DNA from: Geosiphon pyriformis uo1
Lineage: Eukaryota > Fungi > Glomeromycota
DNA length: 64,000 nt
Assembly: GCA_016748015.1 (NCBI GenBank)
Contig: JAAOMT010000675.1
Location: 372,001 to 436,000, forward strand
Reading direction: 5' to 3'
The notes under the pieces are model-generated. The model worked only from the letters and a program-made list of their open reading frames with translations. It was not told the origin of the DNA and did no database searches. Below, piece by piece: positions 1 to 14,075 of this stretch (position 1 is its first letter; every line of letters starts with the position of its first letter). The position numbers and the translations under genes were made by a program.

Positions 1-629
1 TGTAAAAAGAAACGATATTCAGTAATAATAATCAATTCAATAACATCAAAACCATTTTTTTTTCAAAATGCTCAAGTTAGATAATTGAATATTTTACCAA
101 TAATTTCAAAAGTTATTATGTCCAATTTTCTAAATAATAAAATTTTAGATAAATAATGAAAAATTATTCATATTGTTAAAGATCACTGTCATTATTATAT
201 TTAATAATTCTTGAAAAAAAAATTTTTTTTTTTTTTTTTTTAGATAAGAATATTTGAAAATAATTTAGATATTTCAAGTGATATAATTAAATAAAAATTT
301 AAAATAATAGCCAAAGATTTGAATGTTTTGTTCTTTAAGTATATATAATTTTCATTGTCGAAAAAAAATTCAATGAAAAAGATATCTCAAAATCTAATTC
401 TTGGATAAAATTCCAAATCGTTTCAGAAAGTTTTCATAATAATCTAAATATTATTAATAACTTAATCAAAACTAGTTTATCCTAACGAAAATCAAGGTCA
501 TTTTATTAGCAGAAATATTAGTCACTCTGTTTATTTGTAATTCGGTCGTCGAATTATTAAAGGAAAAAATTCCGAACAATTATTTCTTCTCGAAAAATTT
601 AACAATATTCTAAAAGTATAATAGTATCA

Positions 630-2166
630 ATGGAATTGCAAAATGTGTCTAAAAATATACTTTACCTGATTCGTATGATAATAAACACTTTCGTAGCTTT
701 CCTACAGTTAATTTTCACAGAAAAATCGTCTTTTAAAAGCATCAGGCATGTTTTTAAATTTTGGTTATCCCTGCTAATTATCATGATAGTATGGTTATTA
801 TCCGAACATTATTTTGGGCTAAAAATAATGGTTTGCCTAAGGAATATTTCCAGAACATATATCAGTTACCAATATAAAATCATAAATTTTGAGATTTCTG
901 ACTCTCGGTTTAAACCCAAGTTTCCTCCCCAGTTTTTCTATAATCGTCAAGCTAAAGCTGATGTAGATTATATGATACAGCAACATTCAAAGTTTCAAAA
1001 AAGATCCGATTCCCAAAATAATGGGGTTAAAGCGATCGTGAAAAATCCATCGCTCCTGAAAAAATTACGTTTATACGCATGGTATGCGGGACAATCTTAT
1101 TGTTTGAATGATAATAATGGATATTTATCTCCTGGGATTTATGGTAGGGAATATTTCAAAGTAATGAAAAGAATTAAATTAGAAATATGAAAAGTGTTTC
1201 ATTATTAGATCATATAGAAACGAAAAACTTGACCTCTGAAAATTCTTTGCATCACAGTCGAAAAAAAAACTCTTACTGAAGAGAAAGAAATAATTCTGAT
1301 AATTCGTGGAGTAATCTATACACCAGAAAAATGGTTAAAGAGAACTAAGAACGTACTCACCTCATACCCTAAAATTCCGGATGGACAAGTAGATGCATTC
1401 TTTTGGCAGCAATTCAAGGGAGCAAGATCTAAAATTTTTCAAATGTTAAAAGAGGCAGTGACAACGGTGAACATAATTAAAATTACATTTATTGGGCACG
1501 GAGTCGGTGGAGGTATGATTGATTGGATGAGTTTGTTATGAATTTATAATTTTTTCTATTAATAAGATCTTGAAACTTTCTTTATTTATATAAACTTTTA
1601 AATATTCAAGTGCATGCAATATTCGCCATGCTCGATTTTTATTCTTTTCTCAAGGATATTAAATTAAGAGCCGTCACATTTGGCCAACCACGCATAGGTG
1701 ACCGCGTATTTGCTCATAGGATCAATACTTTAGTTTCCAACAAAGAAATTTCAATTCTGAGAGTTACAAGATTCGATGATCGGGTCCCTAGATTACCAGA
1801 AAGAATGTTGAATGGTAAATCTCGATATCAACATTCGTTGTTAGAATATTGGATTTCGGATGAAGATGACTGTGAATGTGAAAAAATTCATCTTTGGAAA
1901 TGTCATGGACCATTGGAGAATAATCTTGACGGGAGTTCATATACGACGGAGAGTTTAGTAAGATTTTATTTTATTTTATTTAATTTGAGGCTGGAGATGA
2001 AGATTTATTGTGAGGGTCAGTGAATAATTGTATTATTAATTCTTAGGAGTGTAATGGGAAATTCCCTAATCCAACATTCGTCCGCCACAATGGAACTTAC
2101 TTTGAAACATTTATGGGTCATTGCGATCGAATAAAACCTGATTGGATGGAAAATCTAGAATCCTAG
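630..2166 (+). CDS. Class-3 lipase-like protein with N-terminal membrane anchor, probably catalytically dead; exons 630-1143, 1258-1512, 1611-1957, 2047-2166
   Basis: Manual GT-AG splicing gives one frame with lipase_3 motifs: YAGQSYC, IILIIRG, ITFIGHGVGG, VTFGQPRIGD, RVTRFDDRVPRLP, YQHSLLEYWI, RHNGTYF. The nucleophile elbow reads GHG rather than GHS. Confidence 0.85.
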
Positions 2167-2633
2167 ATTGATCAAATTAACACATTTTCAAAGTGTTTTG
2201 AAATAATCAAGTCAAGTTTTGATATTATTAAATTGGTTTTTATTTAAGTATTTGCGTGTTTGATTCATATAAAAAGTATATTAAATTCATTTTATTTCAA
2301 AACCAATTTTTTTCTTTAATAATAAATAGATCTTTCTCTAATTTTTTAAAATTTTCTGTTGTCAAATATTTTCGAAATAGTTTGTACGCGAAAATTAGTT
2401 TTATATTTTTTGATTTCGTGTAATTTAAACAAAGAAAATATTTTTCGAATAATGATGATAATAATAATAAAATTGTATATTTTTTTTTACATTGTTTTAT
2501 AATGTGAGTACTTGATCATTTTGACTGTTTTCAGAGTCTTGCGTGTAAACTCGTTGTATTTTATCCCAATTTCTTAATTGGACTAATAAAGCTCAAATTA
2601 TGGATTAAAGCCCTTTAAAAATAAACTTTACTC

Positions 2634-2739
<106 letters not shown>

Positions 2740-2900
2740 CTTTAATAATTTTGGATAATGAAATCAAAAAATAAATAAATAAATTGTATATTGTTAAATT
2801 TTAATCACAATTCTTTGAATCAATCACGATTACTTAAGCTTTTAGGGACAGTGCCTTACAGTTTGAATGCACACGCTAGTGAACTTTTAGCTTATTAGGT

Positions 2901-3210
2901 NNNNNNNNNNNNNNNNNNNNNNNNNNNNNNNNNNNNNNNNNNNNNNNNNNNNNNNNNNNNNNNNNNNNNNNNNNNNNNNNNNNNNNNNNNNNNNNNNNNN
3001 NNNNNNNNNNNNNNNNNNNNNNNNNNNNNNNNNNNNNNNNNNNNNNNNNNNNNNNNNNNNNNNNNNNNNNNNNNNNNNNNNNNNNNNNNNNNNNNNNNNN
3101 NNNNNNNNNNNNNNNNNNNNNNNNNNNNNNNNNNNNNNNNNNNNNNNNNNNNNNNNNNNNNNNNNNNNNNNNNNNNNNNNNNNNNNNNNNNNNNNNNNNN
3201 NNNNNNNNNN
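2901..3210. other. Assembly gap (N run)
   Basis: 310 N bases. Confidence 1.
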
Positions 3211-4060
3211 TTTTTTTTTTTTTTTTCGCCCTCTTATCATTCGTTAAAGATCATATTTCTCACTACTTCAAAAAAAAATTATTTACTTTTTTAGCATCTA
3301 CTTGGAAGGCCTGTTTTTCGAAATAACTGCATTTAACTCGGTGGTTTTCGTTCTTTGTTCTTCAATAGGAATTATTTTAAAAAAAATCTCGTTACCATTT
3401 TCAGGCTTTTCAGCCAAGGATAATGTTAGGATATGCAGTTGAGGTCATAATATATGTTTCAGAATTGAATTTTTCAGAAGCGGGGCTGAACATGATAAAA
3501 ATTTTTCACAGAATTTTCAAGGAATTATAATCATAAAAATTCTTGGTATCTAATTTTCGCCACGAATATTCAAGAAGGCTTTTTTTTTTTCCAACTTGTG
3601 CTCATTTTTATTTTAATGAGAAAAATTTTGACATTCGATAAAGGAAAATATATGCTACAGTTGTAAGTATTTGACCCTTGTTCAAACTTTTTTTTTAATA
3701 GGATAAAAGCATATGAATAATAAAAGACTCGAACGACAGGGAGAGCTTATAGTACAATAAGTTAAAAAAAAAAAAACCTAACTTATTAAAAAAGTTTATG
3801 CAAAAAAAAAACACAAATGAAATAAGTATTTGATATGATACAATATTATTTATAAAATGCTATAGACAAAATTAAAAGTATGGTAATTTCCCTACTATAA
3901 AAAAAGGAATTTCTAATTTCTAATAAATTAATTGATCTTTTGATAATTTACTCCGAAAAAGATTAAATCCAAAAGCCAAAAATACATATATATATTTACA
4001 ATAATTTTTTTTTCTTTCTTAATATCGATACAAGAAAATAAACTTAAGTATTAGCTTAAT

Positions 4061-5821
4061 TCAACACACACCGTTCCAATGTTTTTGATATTGTTTAGGA
4101 TGTGCTGCTGGTTTGAGAGGGATTATGTCTTTAGCAATTTGTTTATCGAGTTCACCATTATTCGGATCCAACTTTCGATGTTGGCGACCATTTGTCCAAA
4201 ATGATCCTTTACTGGACGTAGTACTTGACGGTGAATCTTTTTTGTACAAGCTTTCGTTCATAATGTACGCTAACGAATTACCTATACCACCAAGGTTGAT
4301 ACCTAATGACGGAAATCAAATAAAAATATTAAAGAAATATTCTCAAGAGGGAAAGAGAAAAAGAAAAGAAAAGAAAAGAAAAGAAAAGAAATGAAATGAA
4401 ATGTAAAACTAACCCACTATGACTGTGATCAGAGTCCATGTTGAAGTTTTCTGTTATGTGAAAAGTTATAAATTGGTTAGATCATTAAAATTTTTTAGAA
4501 ATAAAAAAATTTAAACGAGGATATGAAACTAACCTGTAAGATGTTTGTTACCAAGAAAACTAAGACAGGAACCTGGAAATTATTTTGAATAATTTATAAA
4601 TTAGAATGGCTAAAAGCTTCCTAAAAAAAAATTGTTTTAAAAACCTACCCATTGCAACATAAAGACAAGCACATAACTAGCAATCTTTCGCGTAACTTTA
4701 TCTTCGAAACCATGATAATGACTCATAGTGTTTGCTTGGATGTTATTATCTACCAAGGTATCTAAAGAATCGCATCGACGTCGAGCCAGTACCAAGAAAA
4801 TTTGAAGAAAGCAAAAAGAAGTTACTATGACGACGCTCAACATCGTTCCGATTACAAATGATGTGTAGATAAAATTGTGTTGGGCTTTCAATGCACACCT
4901 ATTGAAAATTGGGTTTAAAGATAAGGTTGAGATCATGCATTTGAAAAACGTATTACCAAAAATGAGTAACATATTTAAAATACAAGAGAAAACCTACCAA
5001 TACAAATTTTGTTGACCAAAACCATCTTTGAATATCCCAGGTAGTACCGTTGACATGGTCAGCAATATTATAAGCGAGAATAACTTATAATCATATCGAC
5101 CGAAATCCACTATAATTCTACGATTAACCTTAAGATATGTGGAAACGGCAATAATACCGTATAGATAATAATTCATGCAAATGGCAGTTTGTTGAAATAC
5201 ACCGATTATTTTACATTGAGGATTTAACCATGGACGAATATTAATTGCTGTGTATGTCTTGAAAATTTTTAAAAGGTAAAATTTTAATTCTAATATTCAA
5301 TAGTATGTAAAGAATTAAAAACGACTTTAGATGAAATTAACATACCGTGTTCATCGCGTGAAATACCACAATTAATAAATCTGATCAAATATAAATATAT
5401 TTTATTTCAAATTCGATCAGCGAAATTTATTCTTTCCTTCTAAAAACTTGATCCACTTACAGTAAAAAAGAAAAAAGAAAAGAAGAAGCTAATTACCTGT
5501 TAAAGCGGTATAAAAAGGTAGTCTATAGGACATTGCCAAAGGTAAACCTTTCCTTGTACACGATTTCATAATGGTTCGATAGAAAACATAACAACAACCC
5601 AACAGATTAAGAGAGGTAGTGCTGATAGAAATAATCATCAAGAGATAGAATTGTTGATCTCGTTTATATGCTGGAATTCTTATTGATGGTTTAGTGATAT
5701 TTTGTGGTATGTATAGGTTATCATTGGTTATCGGTTGAACATTTTCTTGAGCAAATATTGTGATTGATGAAGAAATAAATGTAAGTAATAATATCGATGA
5801 GAATAAAAGTGATTGAATCAT
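4061..5821 (-). CDS. Multi-exon 7TM GPCR-like protein (Git3/cAMP-receptor-like) with signal peptide
   Basis: ORF fragments 5489-5821, 4994-5176, 4637-4972 and 4061-4261 are joined by GT-AG introns. Hydrophobic N-terminus, serial TM helices, motifs YRLPFYTALT, DFGRYDYKL, KIASYVLVFMLQW, GINLGGIGNSLAYIMNE. Confidence 0.8.
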
Positions 5822-8352
5822 TATTTGATTATGATTGAGTTAAATGATTTTTTCTAAATGTAAGTTGGGATTTAATGAAGAGAATGTAAAGTATCTTTGT
5901 TTTTTTTTTACAAAAAATGCTCAAATTGAAGGGTAGTTCGTGAAAAAATAATAATAATAATTTAGAATGAAAATGATTTAAACAACAAAGGATTAAAAGT
6001 TTCGAAATATGATTTGATACTCCAGGGTCTTTTATATTCATGCGTGGTGATTCAATGAGGAAGGATAGGGAGGGGGAGGGGGAGGGGGAGGGGGGGGGGA
6101 ATGTGATATATAAAGGTGGAAATAAAAGGTGATAATTTTTCATTTTCAATTACGCGTCTTTTACTCGATTGTCTACCGGGTTAGCCAATTGACATCATCC
6201 TCTTGTTTGTTATAAATGGAGATGAAAGCCGAATAAAAAATTCTACCAATCTACTACTTTACATTAGTACTAGCATTTAAATTAAGTTTTTGAACTATTA
6301 TATCACTGTATAACCTGACTATTGTATACCTCGACCACGATGGAATTTCTTTTGCATTCAGACATAATTTTTAGAATACAAACCCGTTTTCGGCCATGAT
6401 AATTAGCCTTATTTTAAATGTGAGTAACATCCCATCCCCCATAACATAAAGTAAGGATGATCTTAATTATATTCTAGTCTAGAAGAGAGATACATGTACA
6501 TGATACAATGCGAAAATGGTACATTATCTTCACAATTTAGGAAATTCTTTTTTTCTTTAAACTGTCTTATTTCATTTAGGATGATAAAAGAAAAAGATTT
6601 CAATTGTTTTTTCTTTGTCGTATAAATTTAGATTAAAAATGTGTTTTTGAATAAAAAATCATGATTATCAGTGGTCGAAATTCTTGTAAAGATACAAAGA
6701 ACTCGATTTTATTATCTTTCTAAAAATTTTTTTTTTTTTTTTCATAAAAAGATATAAGAGATTCAAGAAGGTTACATCGTTTTTTTGGGGCTGATTTTAA
6801 ATTCAAGAAATAAATAAAAAAATAAAAAAATAAAAAAATAAAAAAATAAAAAAATTTGAATTTACAACTTGATAAATAACTCTTTCAATCGATTAAACTA
6901 CAATAAAGAGTAGAACTTTTAATCACTTGTGAGTACACTTCTTCGGATGAAACAGTTAGTTGGTTTTTTTGTACATTTCTTGTCCTTCATTTAAATATAA
7001 TAGTATATTAAAAGAAGATTATACTCGTAAATACTTTTATATTGTACATTGTTCTCCATATTTTTAATTTTGAAACAATGGAAAATGTTAAATGAAAAAA
7101 GATTTCCATGTCCTAGTTCTATAAATGTGGTATCCTTAATTGTGTAATATATTATGTACCCCGCTAAGTACATGTATACTATTTTCTCTATTAAAAATTT
7201 CTTTTATACAGAATCTCGAACTTTATTCACATGAATAATTATTTTGGATTTCTCGCTTAGAAAGGCAGCTTTTATTGAAAGGAATATTTTTATCATTTTT
7301 TTGGAAATTTTATTTTTGAAGTTTTTTAAAGTTTTAAGGATTCAAGATTCTAAATAGTTTCGGAAGCCTCCTTAATGGTTTCAAATTTCATGGAAAACCT
7401 GTACTCGTAAATACTAAATATTTAAACTCTTTATTTATTCAACTTACTTACAAAGAAATTGTGAAAAAAAAAATAATTCAAATGAAAGTGACAAAACGAC
7501 TCGATATTAATAAAATATCTTGTATGTTATGATTTAATTAAAAAAAAAAATTTTTTTTATTAAAATAATAAGTGAAAATATACCATATGAAAAGTACAAA
7601 TAAACTTTTGTATAAGTTTCATGATATTTCCCAATTTTAATGATGATATTAAAAACCTAAATTTAACTATGTAAAATTAATATTTCAGTAATAAGCCATC
7701 GAGGAAAATTGATCATCAAAGATACACTACCAGTTTGGTAAAAATAATTCAAGAGCCTTGGGCTTTGATTATATTTCCAAAGTTGAGAAGAGACGATCAA
7801 AAGTAACAGCGAATAGATACATTAAAAGACTCCGAGGCTCAAGAAGGTCCAGGAACGATTAGATAATTTTTTTTTTTTTTTTTTTTTTTTACCGGGAGTC
7901 CCTTTTTCAAGATATGTCGAGTAGATTTACTAGGACTCGGACTAAAGTTCTATGATGCACGTTTGTAATTGAAACCCGTCAAAATCGAAATTTCAATATC
8001 AATCATCGTTTCTCAAGATTGTGAGGAAGTTTCAGAAATTGTAAAATATCTTTTAGGGCCGCACAAGAAATTTTTAAAATTTCGGGCTAGGCTTGTATTT
8101 CAGAATCCTATATTCTTTAAGCAAAAAATCCAACCTTCAAATTGTTACCGAATTTTTAGATAACATTAATTTTTGATGAGCATAACTTTTCACTTTCCTC
8201 TTTCCTTTTCCTGCAATTTACTAGCGAATCATGGATGTTGTTAAACTTTAAAATGCAAAGTTGTCATTTCATTTATTTAGTAAAGCAGAATTATTTGGAA
8301 ATTTGAATGTGACTCTAGAGCGAAAAATGTTCCCTCAAGTTCTTTAAATATT

Positions 8353-9577
8353 TCATATTAACAGAACGTATTCAGGAAATGCAGAGAATCCAAAAACAAC
8401 TGAATTCTAAAGGAATAAACCAGAATTAAAAATCAATATCAATCAACTAATATAAAAAAATTCTCATTCTCAACTCTATCTTCAGGCCCTGTCAACGGAT
8501 TCTTATTTTGACTAAACCCTTCATATTCCTTGATAATTTTTCGCCTTAACATTCCCCAAGCTCGTTCAGTGAATGGATGGGTCGAATAAGATTTTAAGGC
8601 TTTGTTGTAAATAGTACCATTTAAAATCCATTGTTTGTTCCACTTTTGTGTGCCATCTTCTTTCACTTCGCTTATCATTACAGCGACTCGTTCCCTGATA
8701 TCTTGACGGCGTTTGATTAATTTCTGCCTTGATTCTTCTGCTTGTGAGTGTCTATCGTTGATTTCATTCATTCTTCGAGAATCCTGAGTGGTTAAAATTT
8801 CAATGGCATATTGTTTTTGCTCTTTCAGAAAAATCTCTTTGGTATCTTCTGGAAGTGTAAGATATTGCTTCCACAACTTTTTTGCATGTGGAAGCCAATA
8901 GAGAGAATGACTGGTACTGTTAACCCGACAAGGCAACGCTTTACAGAATTCGGGTGGAATTTGATAATGTCTTTCTAAAACATCTTGACTAGATAATATT
9001 AATAAATCATAAATATTTATAACAGTCTCCTGATATTGAATTATAAATAGTTATTATTTTGATTGCTTACCCACCCGCACAAGTTCTTTTCATAACAATC
9101 AGAGCAAGCTTTCACCAAATAATACCAATTGATCCAAGCCATCCTGGCTCGCCCTTCATCACAAAATTGACAGCCCTTTTTCAAGATTAATCGAATATAG
9201 TTTCGCTCCGACATCAAACCTGGAGGTGTTACATCAAAATTAGGCAAATATTTTAGCCTCGATTCTCGCCAAATTAGTTGCGTACAGGTTGACGAATCGG
9301 ATGTCAAATAGTTGTTAAAGAGTCGACAAACTTTAGCGAGTGAAAGAAGATCCCGAGGTGGGAGAAACTTGCAAATGTTGATAAAAAGTTCTGGAGCGAG
9401 AGTTGTTAAGTTTTGTGTAGAGAAATCGGTTCCTTGATCACTTTTGAATTTATTGCCGCGTTGTCTCCTAAGCACAATAAAAAAATCATATACCTCAGTT
9501 GCAAATGCCCAATATTGAGATTGTTTAACAAAGGGCTTTTTCCACCACTCTCAAACTACTTACTTTCGCTTAGACAT
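8353..9577 (-). CDS. F-box domain protein (multi-exon; 3' end uncertain)
   Basis: LAPELFINICKFLPPRDLLSLAKVCRLF F-box, followed by IWRESR and CQFC...CSDC. A micro-exon ATGTCTAAGCGAAA|gtaagt at 9577 splices in frame to 9467. Confidence 0.8.
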
Positions 9578-10529
9578 ATTTTGTTTTGAGGTTTATAAAA
9601 TTTAAGCAATTTTGATTTTGGTAAAACAAAAGCCTTCCAACTGAAAGTAAACACAGGAAGAATGTAATCAGGAAAGCAATCTCGTGGGGTTTCACTCGTA
9701 ACATAAATAGAGGGCCCATCTAATTGCAAAAATTGTCTAGCTTATATAAAGGTTTTCATCATTTAACCATCACTACTAATCGATCAAGCGAAATAAAAAA
9801 TATGACTGCGGTAAAATACCGTCATATTGTCTTTAATAATAATAATAATCATGGATTGATTGGTAAGACTGATGTATTAATGTTGAGATTAAACTTTTTC
9901 AAAGACATATGCAAGCCTGTACGACCTAAAAAAAAGTGAAACTCATTTCACTTTGTGTCAGTTTTCATTGAATAAAAGCGAGAACAAGGGGGGAGGGAGG
10001 GAGGGAGGGAGGGAGGGAGGGAGGGAATTCCAATGTAGAAAATTTTTTGAAACTATGAAACAATTTGAACGTCGAGAATTGGTAACTTTAAAGGAGCAAG
10101 GATTGAGAATGAGAAGCATCTGAAATATACAGGAATTTCTTCCTAATTTTAAAAAAAATTGATTTCCTCTTGAACCAATAAGAAAGTAAAAAAAAAAGTA
10201 TAATGTTCGAAACATTGAATTATTAAAATCTACTGAAAAAAGTTCCATTTTTAAAAGATTTTGAAAATTTTCCACAAATTGTAAAAATATTTAAAAATAA
10301 AACGTTAAAAATTTTTTGAGACTCATCAGATGATCTTTTAAATAAATTTCTTCTTATTGAAGTCAAAATTAGGAATATAAAAGATTAATATGGATGTGTA
10401 TCGCGTCAATTTGTCGCATATCTTGACGAAATGATGTCACTTTAAAGAAAATTATTATATCTACAGACTTATCTTCCAGGGGAAGATAAAAAAAAGTTTA
10501 TCGTTTTATTTAAATTTGAAAATTCAATA

Positions 10530-10976
10530 ATGAATACACAGGCCAATTCAAATTTAAAGAATGTTCGGATTGATTTAACATTAATGAACCACCTCGACAG
10601 TCCGTGCTTTGAAATTTATAAGCTTACCATTTTAACATGTCTTGAGATGTGGATCTGGTTTTTAAATATCGTTGGTTTCTTTACTGTGTCGACTCCTTTA
10701 ACCATTTCTTTGATCGTGTTTATATGTTCGGCTATCTCTGTTGCTTTCTGGGTTCTTGTTGCGATCTTTGTTGGCATTTTCCTAGGTTAGTGGGTTAAAT
10801 TGAAATCTATTTTTTTGAAAATATAATTGAAACACATTTGATAATTTGGAATTTTTTTTTTTTTTTTTATAGGAAATATCCTTCTAATCCCGATTTTCAT
10901 TTCATCATGTGTCGCAGGAATCTTAGCTACCGTTTTGTATATTTTATTTTATATCACTTTTATCCTAGATTCTTAA
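10530..10976 (+). CDS. Small multi-pass membrane protein, promethin/LDAF1-like; exons 10530-10785, 10873-10976
   Basis: Long continuous hydrophobic segment with prolines (STPLTISLIVF...IFLG|NILLIPIF). Clean GT-AG intron. Confidence 0.6.
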
Positions 10977-11813
10977 GTTTTTGGTTTTGAAATTTAAAAA
11001 GCTTTAAATTTCATTTTTTTTCTTCATTCAATTCTGTTCATTACGGTTGCTTATGAACGGATTTTCAAAATATTATAATAGTGATTTCGACGATATCATT
11101 CATAAAGGAAACGTATGTTGAAAAAAATCATTTCCTCATTTATTTTTTAAAATATTTTTCGATATAAATGTAGTTAGTGGAAACAAAAAATTATTCATTT
11201 TTTTCTACACTATTCTTTGATGATATTCAATGTTTCCTGAGAAATTTCCCCATTCATGATGCGCAACACAACTCTATGTTAAAAATCAATAATGAAAAAA
11301 ATTTTTTAAGCCGGTATAAGAAATCCATTTGCCTCAAAAGTGAATATTAAAAAAAATTGGATGACTTATCGAAAAAGGGAATGGTAGTTGCACAAAGCAT
11401 CTCAATGAATGACCAAAAATGAGTCTGAGCCCTTATCAAAAGCTCACAATCAATATATCATCCAAATATCACCCAGCTATTTGAATAGAAAGATTCGGAC
11501 AAATGAATGTTCATTGATCGCTGAACAATTGATGACTCAATCATTCGAATAGGAATTGCAAAATTTTTAGCCTTTTTTCATTTGCTAATCTTAGACAAGG
11601 ACCTTGATTTAATTAAAGGTAAATATTTAATAGTAAATTTTCGAGATTCTTTGAAACTTTTCAATTTCACGAAAAATCATAATACCTTTAACTCTATACT
11701 CTTATCCATTTCCTGATTAAAGCATTGAGGGTGTTTTCATAACTTGTCAATTGGAAAAACTATCGGTAGATCTATTATATCTAAAATTCCATCGCCAAAA
11801 TTAAAGAAAAAAA

Positions 11814-12962
11814 ATGTTTAAACCTCATACGCCAACTTTAAAAGGAATTATTCGAAGAGAAATATTGCCACGGCTCCACCTTCTTTATATGCATTTACGT
11901 TTTCGACGTCTTGGTAGAAACATTGCTGAACCATACACCAACATCGTATTTTTTCTTCGATATTCTCAACGAATATCAAATCTGCAGTCACCTGAATCAT
12001 CATTGAAAATCCCCAAAATACTCAAAGTCATCAAATCTTTGCAAGAAACTCTTGCAGTTTCAGGAAATCAAAAAGGAAATCAAAATTTATCCCATCCTTC
12101 AATGGTATCAACGTTAATAAAAAATTCAATACAAACCCAACAAACCTCACAACCTACTAAAGAGGACCTACCGGTTACACCACTAAGAACTTCAAACGAC
12201 AAAATACCAAGTACTGTTCGGAATCAAGTAAAACCAGTAAAGCCTTATATAACATCAAGCTGGACTCCAATCACGATAGCTTCAGAAACCACACATTGGA
12301 CGCCATCTTCCAATACAGGAATAGTTCAACCAAAATTGATTCATCCCTTTAAAGATCAAAAAAAAAAGACAATTCCCAGACCAGGAGCTTATGCTCTTCC
12401 AGTCATATTCGACAAAGAACTCCGAGAAAAAGCCATTACCTATGAAAAAGCCGAAAATTCTACTGAGCTCGGTCCTACCACTTTTAGGGCACTTGCTTTT
12501 CTAGGTGATAGTTTGGTTTATTCAGAATTTGCCATTATCATTAGAGAAATATACCCAAAAATAATGCTTCGGCATATTGGAGTTCTTCGTTCACAATTGG
12601 CCACACGTGCACAATTGGCAAAATTCTCAAGATTATCGGGCTTGGACAAAATTATTAAAAATCGGTCTGGGCTTGTTATTTCAATTAATAACGTAAACAT
12701 TCTAGGTGAAGCCATGGAGGCATATATCGCGGCTGTTTATCTCAATCGTGGGAGCGAGGAAGTAAGAGATATGTGTAGGGTTTTTGTTAGTTGGTTCATC
12801 GAAGAAAACGAAGAAAAATTGCTGCCTTCATTAAGTTTAGGAAAAACAGATGGCAGTTTAATTTCAACAAACCTATTATTACCACCACCAAAGAAAAAAT
12901 CTTTGATAATCACATCGACTAAAGCCGCCCGTAAAAAGGCTAAACTTCTAAACATGATTTAA
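11814..12962 (+). CDS. Single-domain RNase III-family protein, intronless, no dsRBD
   Basis: RALAFLGDS (signature ERLEFLGD), LATRAQLAKFSRLSGL and ILGEAMEAYIAAVYLNRG. Long S/T/P-rich N-terminal region and basic C-terminus (PPPKKK). Confidence 0.8.
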   Translation: MFKPHTPTLKGIIRREILPRLHLLYMHLRFRRLGRNIAEPYTNIVFFLRYSQRISNLQSPESSLKIPKILKVIKSLQETLAVSGNQKGNQNLSHPSMVSTLIKNSIQTQQTSQPTKEDLPVTPLRTSNDKIPSTVRNQVKPVKPYITSSWTPITIASETTHWTPSSNTGIVQPKLIHPFKDQKKKTIPRPGAYALPVIFDKELREKAITYEKAENSTELGPTTFRALAFLGDSLVYSEFAIIIREIYPKIMLRHIGVLRSQLATRAQLAKFSRLSGLDKIIKNRSGLVISINNVNILGEAMEAYIAAVYLNRGSEEVRDMCRVFVSWFIEENEEKLLPSLSLGKTDGSLISTNLLLPPPKKKSLIITSTKAARKKAKLLNMI

Positions 12963-14075
12963 AAAATCTTGTTCAGAATAAAAGGTAAGCCATTAAAATT
13001 ATTTTCCAAATGATTTTTGGTTCTTTGTAAATTTTCTGTATTTATTTTAGTTATTTTTCAGAAAAATATGAGATTTCTGGGAAATCAATGATAGGTTGAT
13101 ATTTCCAAAATAAAAATTGACGTTTTTTGGCATGAGAATTTTAATAAACTAAGGACTTGCCTCTTCTAAATCCATGTTACCTGAGAACATTGATTTTGAT
13201 TCAATTAAAAATGTTTTTTCATTAGTGCAATATGTTTCCAAAAACAAAAGTAAATCTAGAAAGCAATCTGGGACATGCATTATTTCGTCTCCTTGTAATT
13301 TTTCAAAAAAGATTTGGCAGAGTGTAAGGAGAAATATGGTTAAAAAAAAAAAAAGGTCCCGAAATTTTGATGAATTTTGGAGATCAAGGCTTTTTTTTGT
13401 ATTAATTTCCGGAAACTTTAAAAAAATTCCGAATCACAAGTTGAATTATCCTAAAATTTATTTTCAAAATTTGAATCAAGTTATGAACTTTCCACTAAAT
13501 TAAAAAAAGTAACAATTGATTGTTAATAATTTTTTACTTGCTTTCTAAGATTTATTTAAAAACTACTCTCAAAAAGTTTTAAGGATTGCCGGTCTTTTTT
13601 TATTAACGTTCTAAGATATTCCCTTAAAAAAAAAATAGCTTCTTGTATTTTATTTATATATATATCGATGATTGCAAGAGTTTTCAAGTTTTAAACTTTT
13701 CTTTTTTGAAGGGTTGACGATCACCAAAATCTTGAATAAATATTTGTTATAAAGTCTTCCTTTGTATGAAATCATAGTCTCGAAATCAGAAGAGATAAAA
13801 AAATATCTCAGCATTCTGCATGTATCGTGGCTGTTCTAAACCTCTGAATCTATTTCGTCACCTATAAAAGCTTATCAAGAAGCTTTTTTCTGAATTTCAG
13901 TTTCACTGAAATGATGTTTTTCGGTTGATCAAGTTACATGATCTTTCGGTTGAAATTATAAATGTTGAAGGTTCATAACCGCCATATATTCCGTGTTCTT
14001 TCCAACCATGCTTGCTTCTTTGTGATTGATGAAAATTCTGAATCGGTGCTGGTAGAACTGTACAAATGATTCTGA

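Noticed and set aside
2887-3240. 117-aa ORF
   Set aside because: It spans the N gap.
7022-7415. 14-bp direct repeat TACTCGTAAATACT, 380 bp apart
   Set aside because: No TIR, tail or ORF between the copies.
13780-14070. Open frames just downstream of the MATH-BTB stop (read-through or alternative exon)
   Set aside because: No convincing splice donor, and the frames are short enough to be chance.
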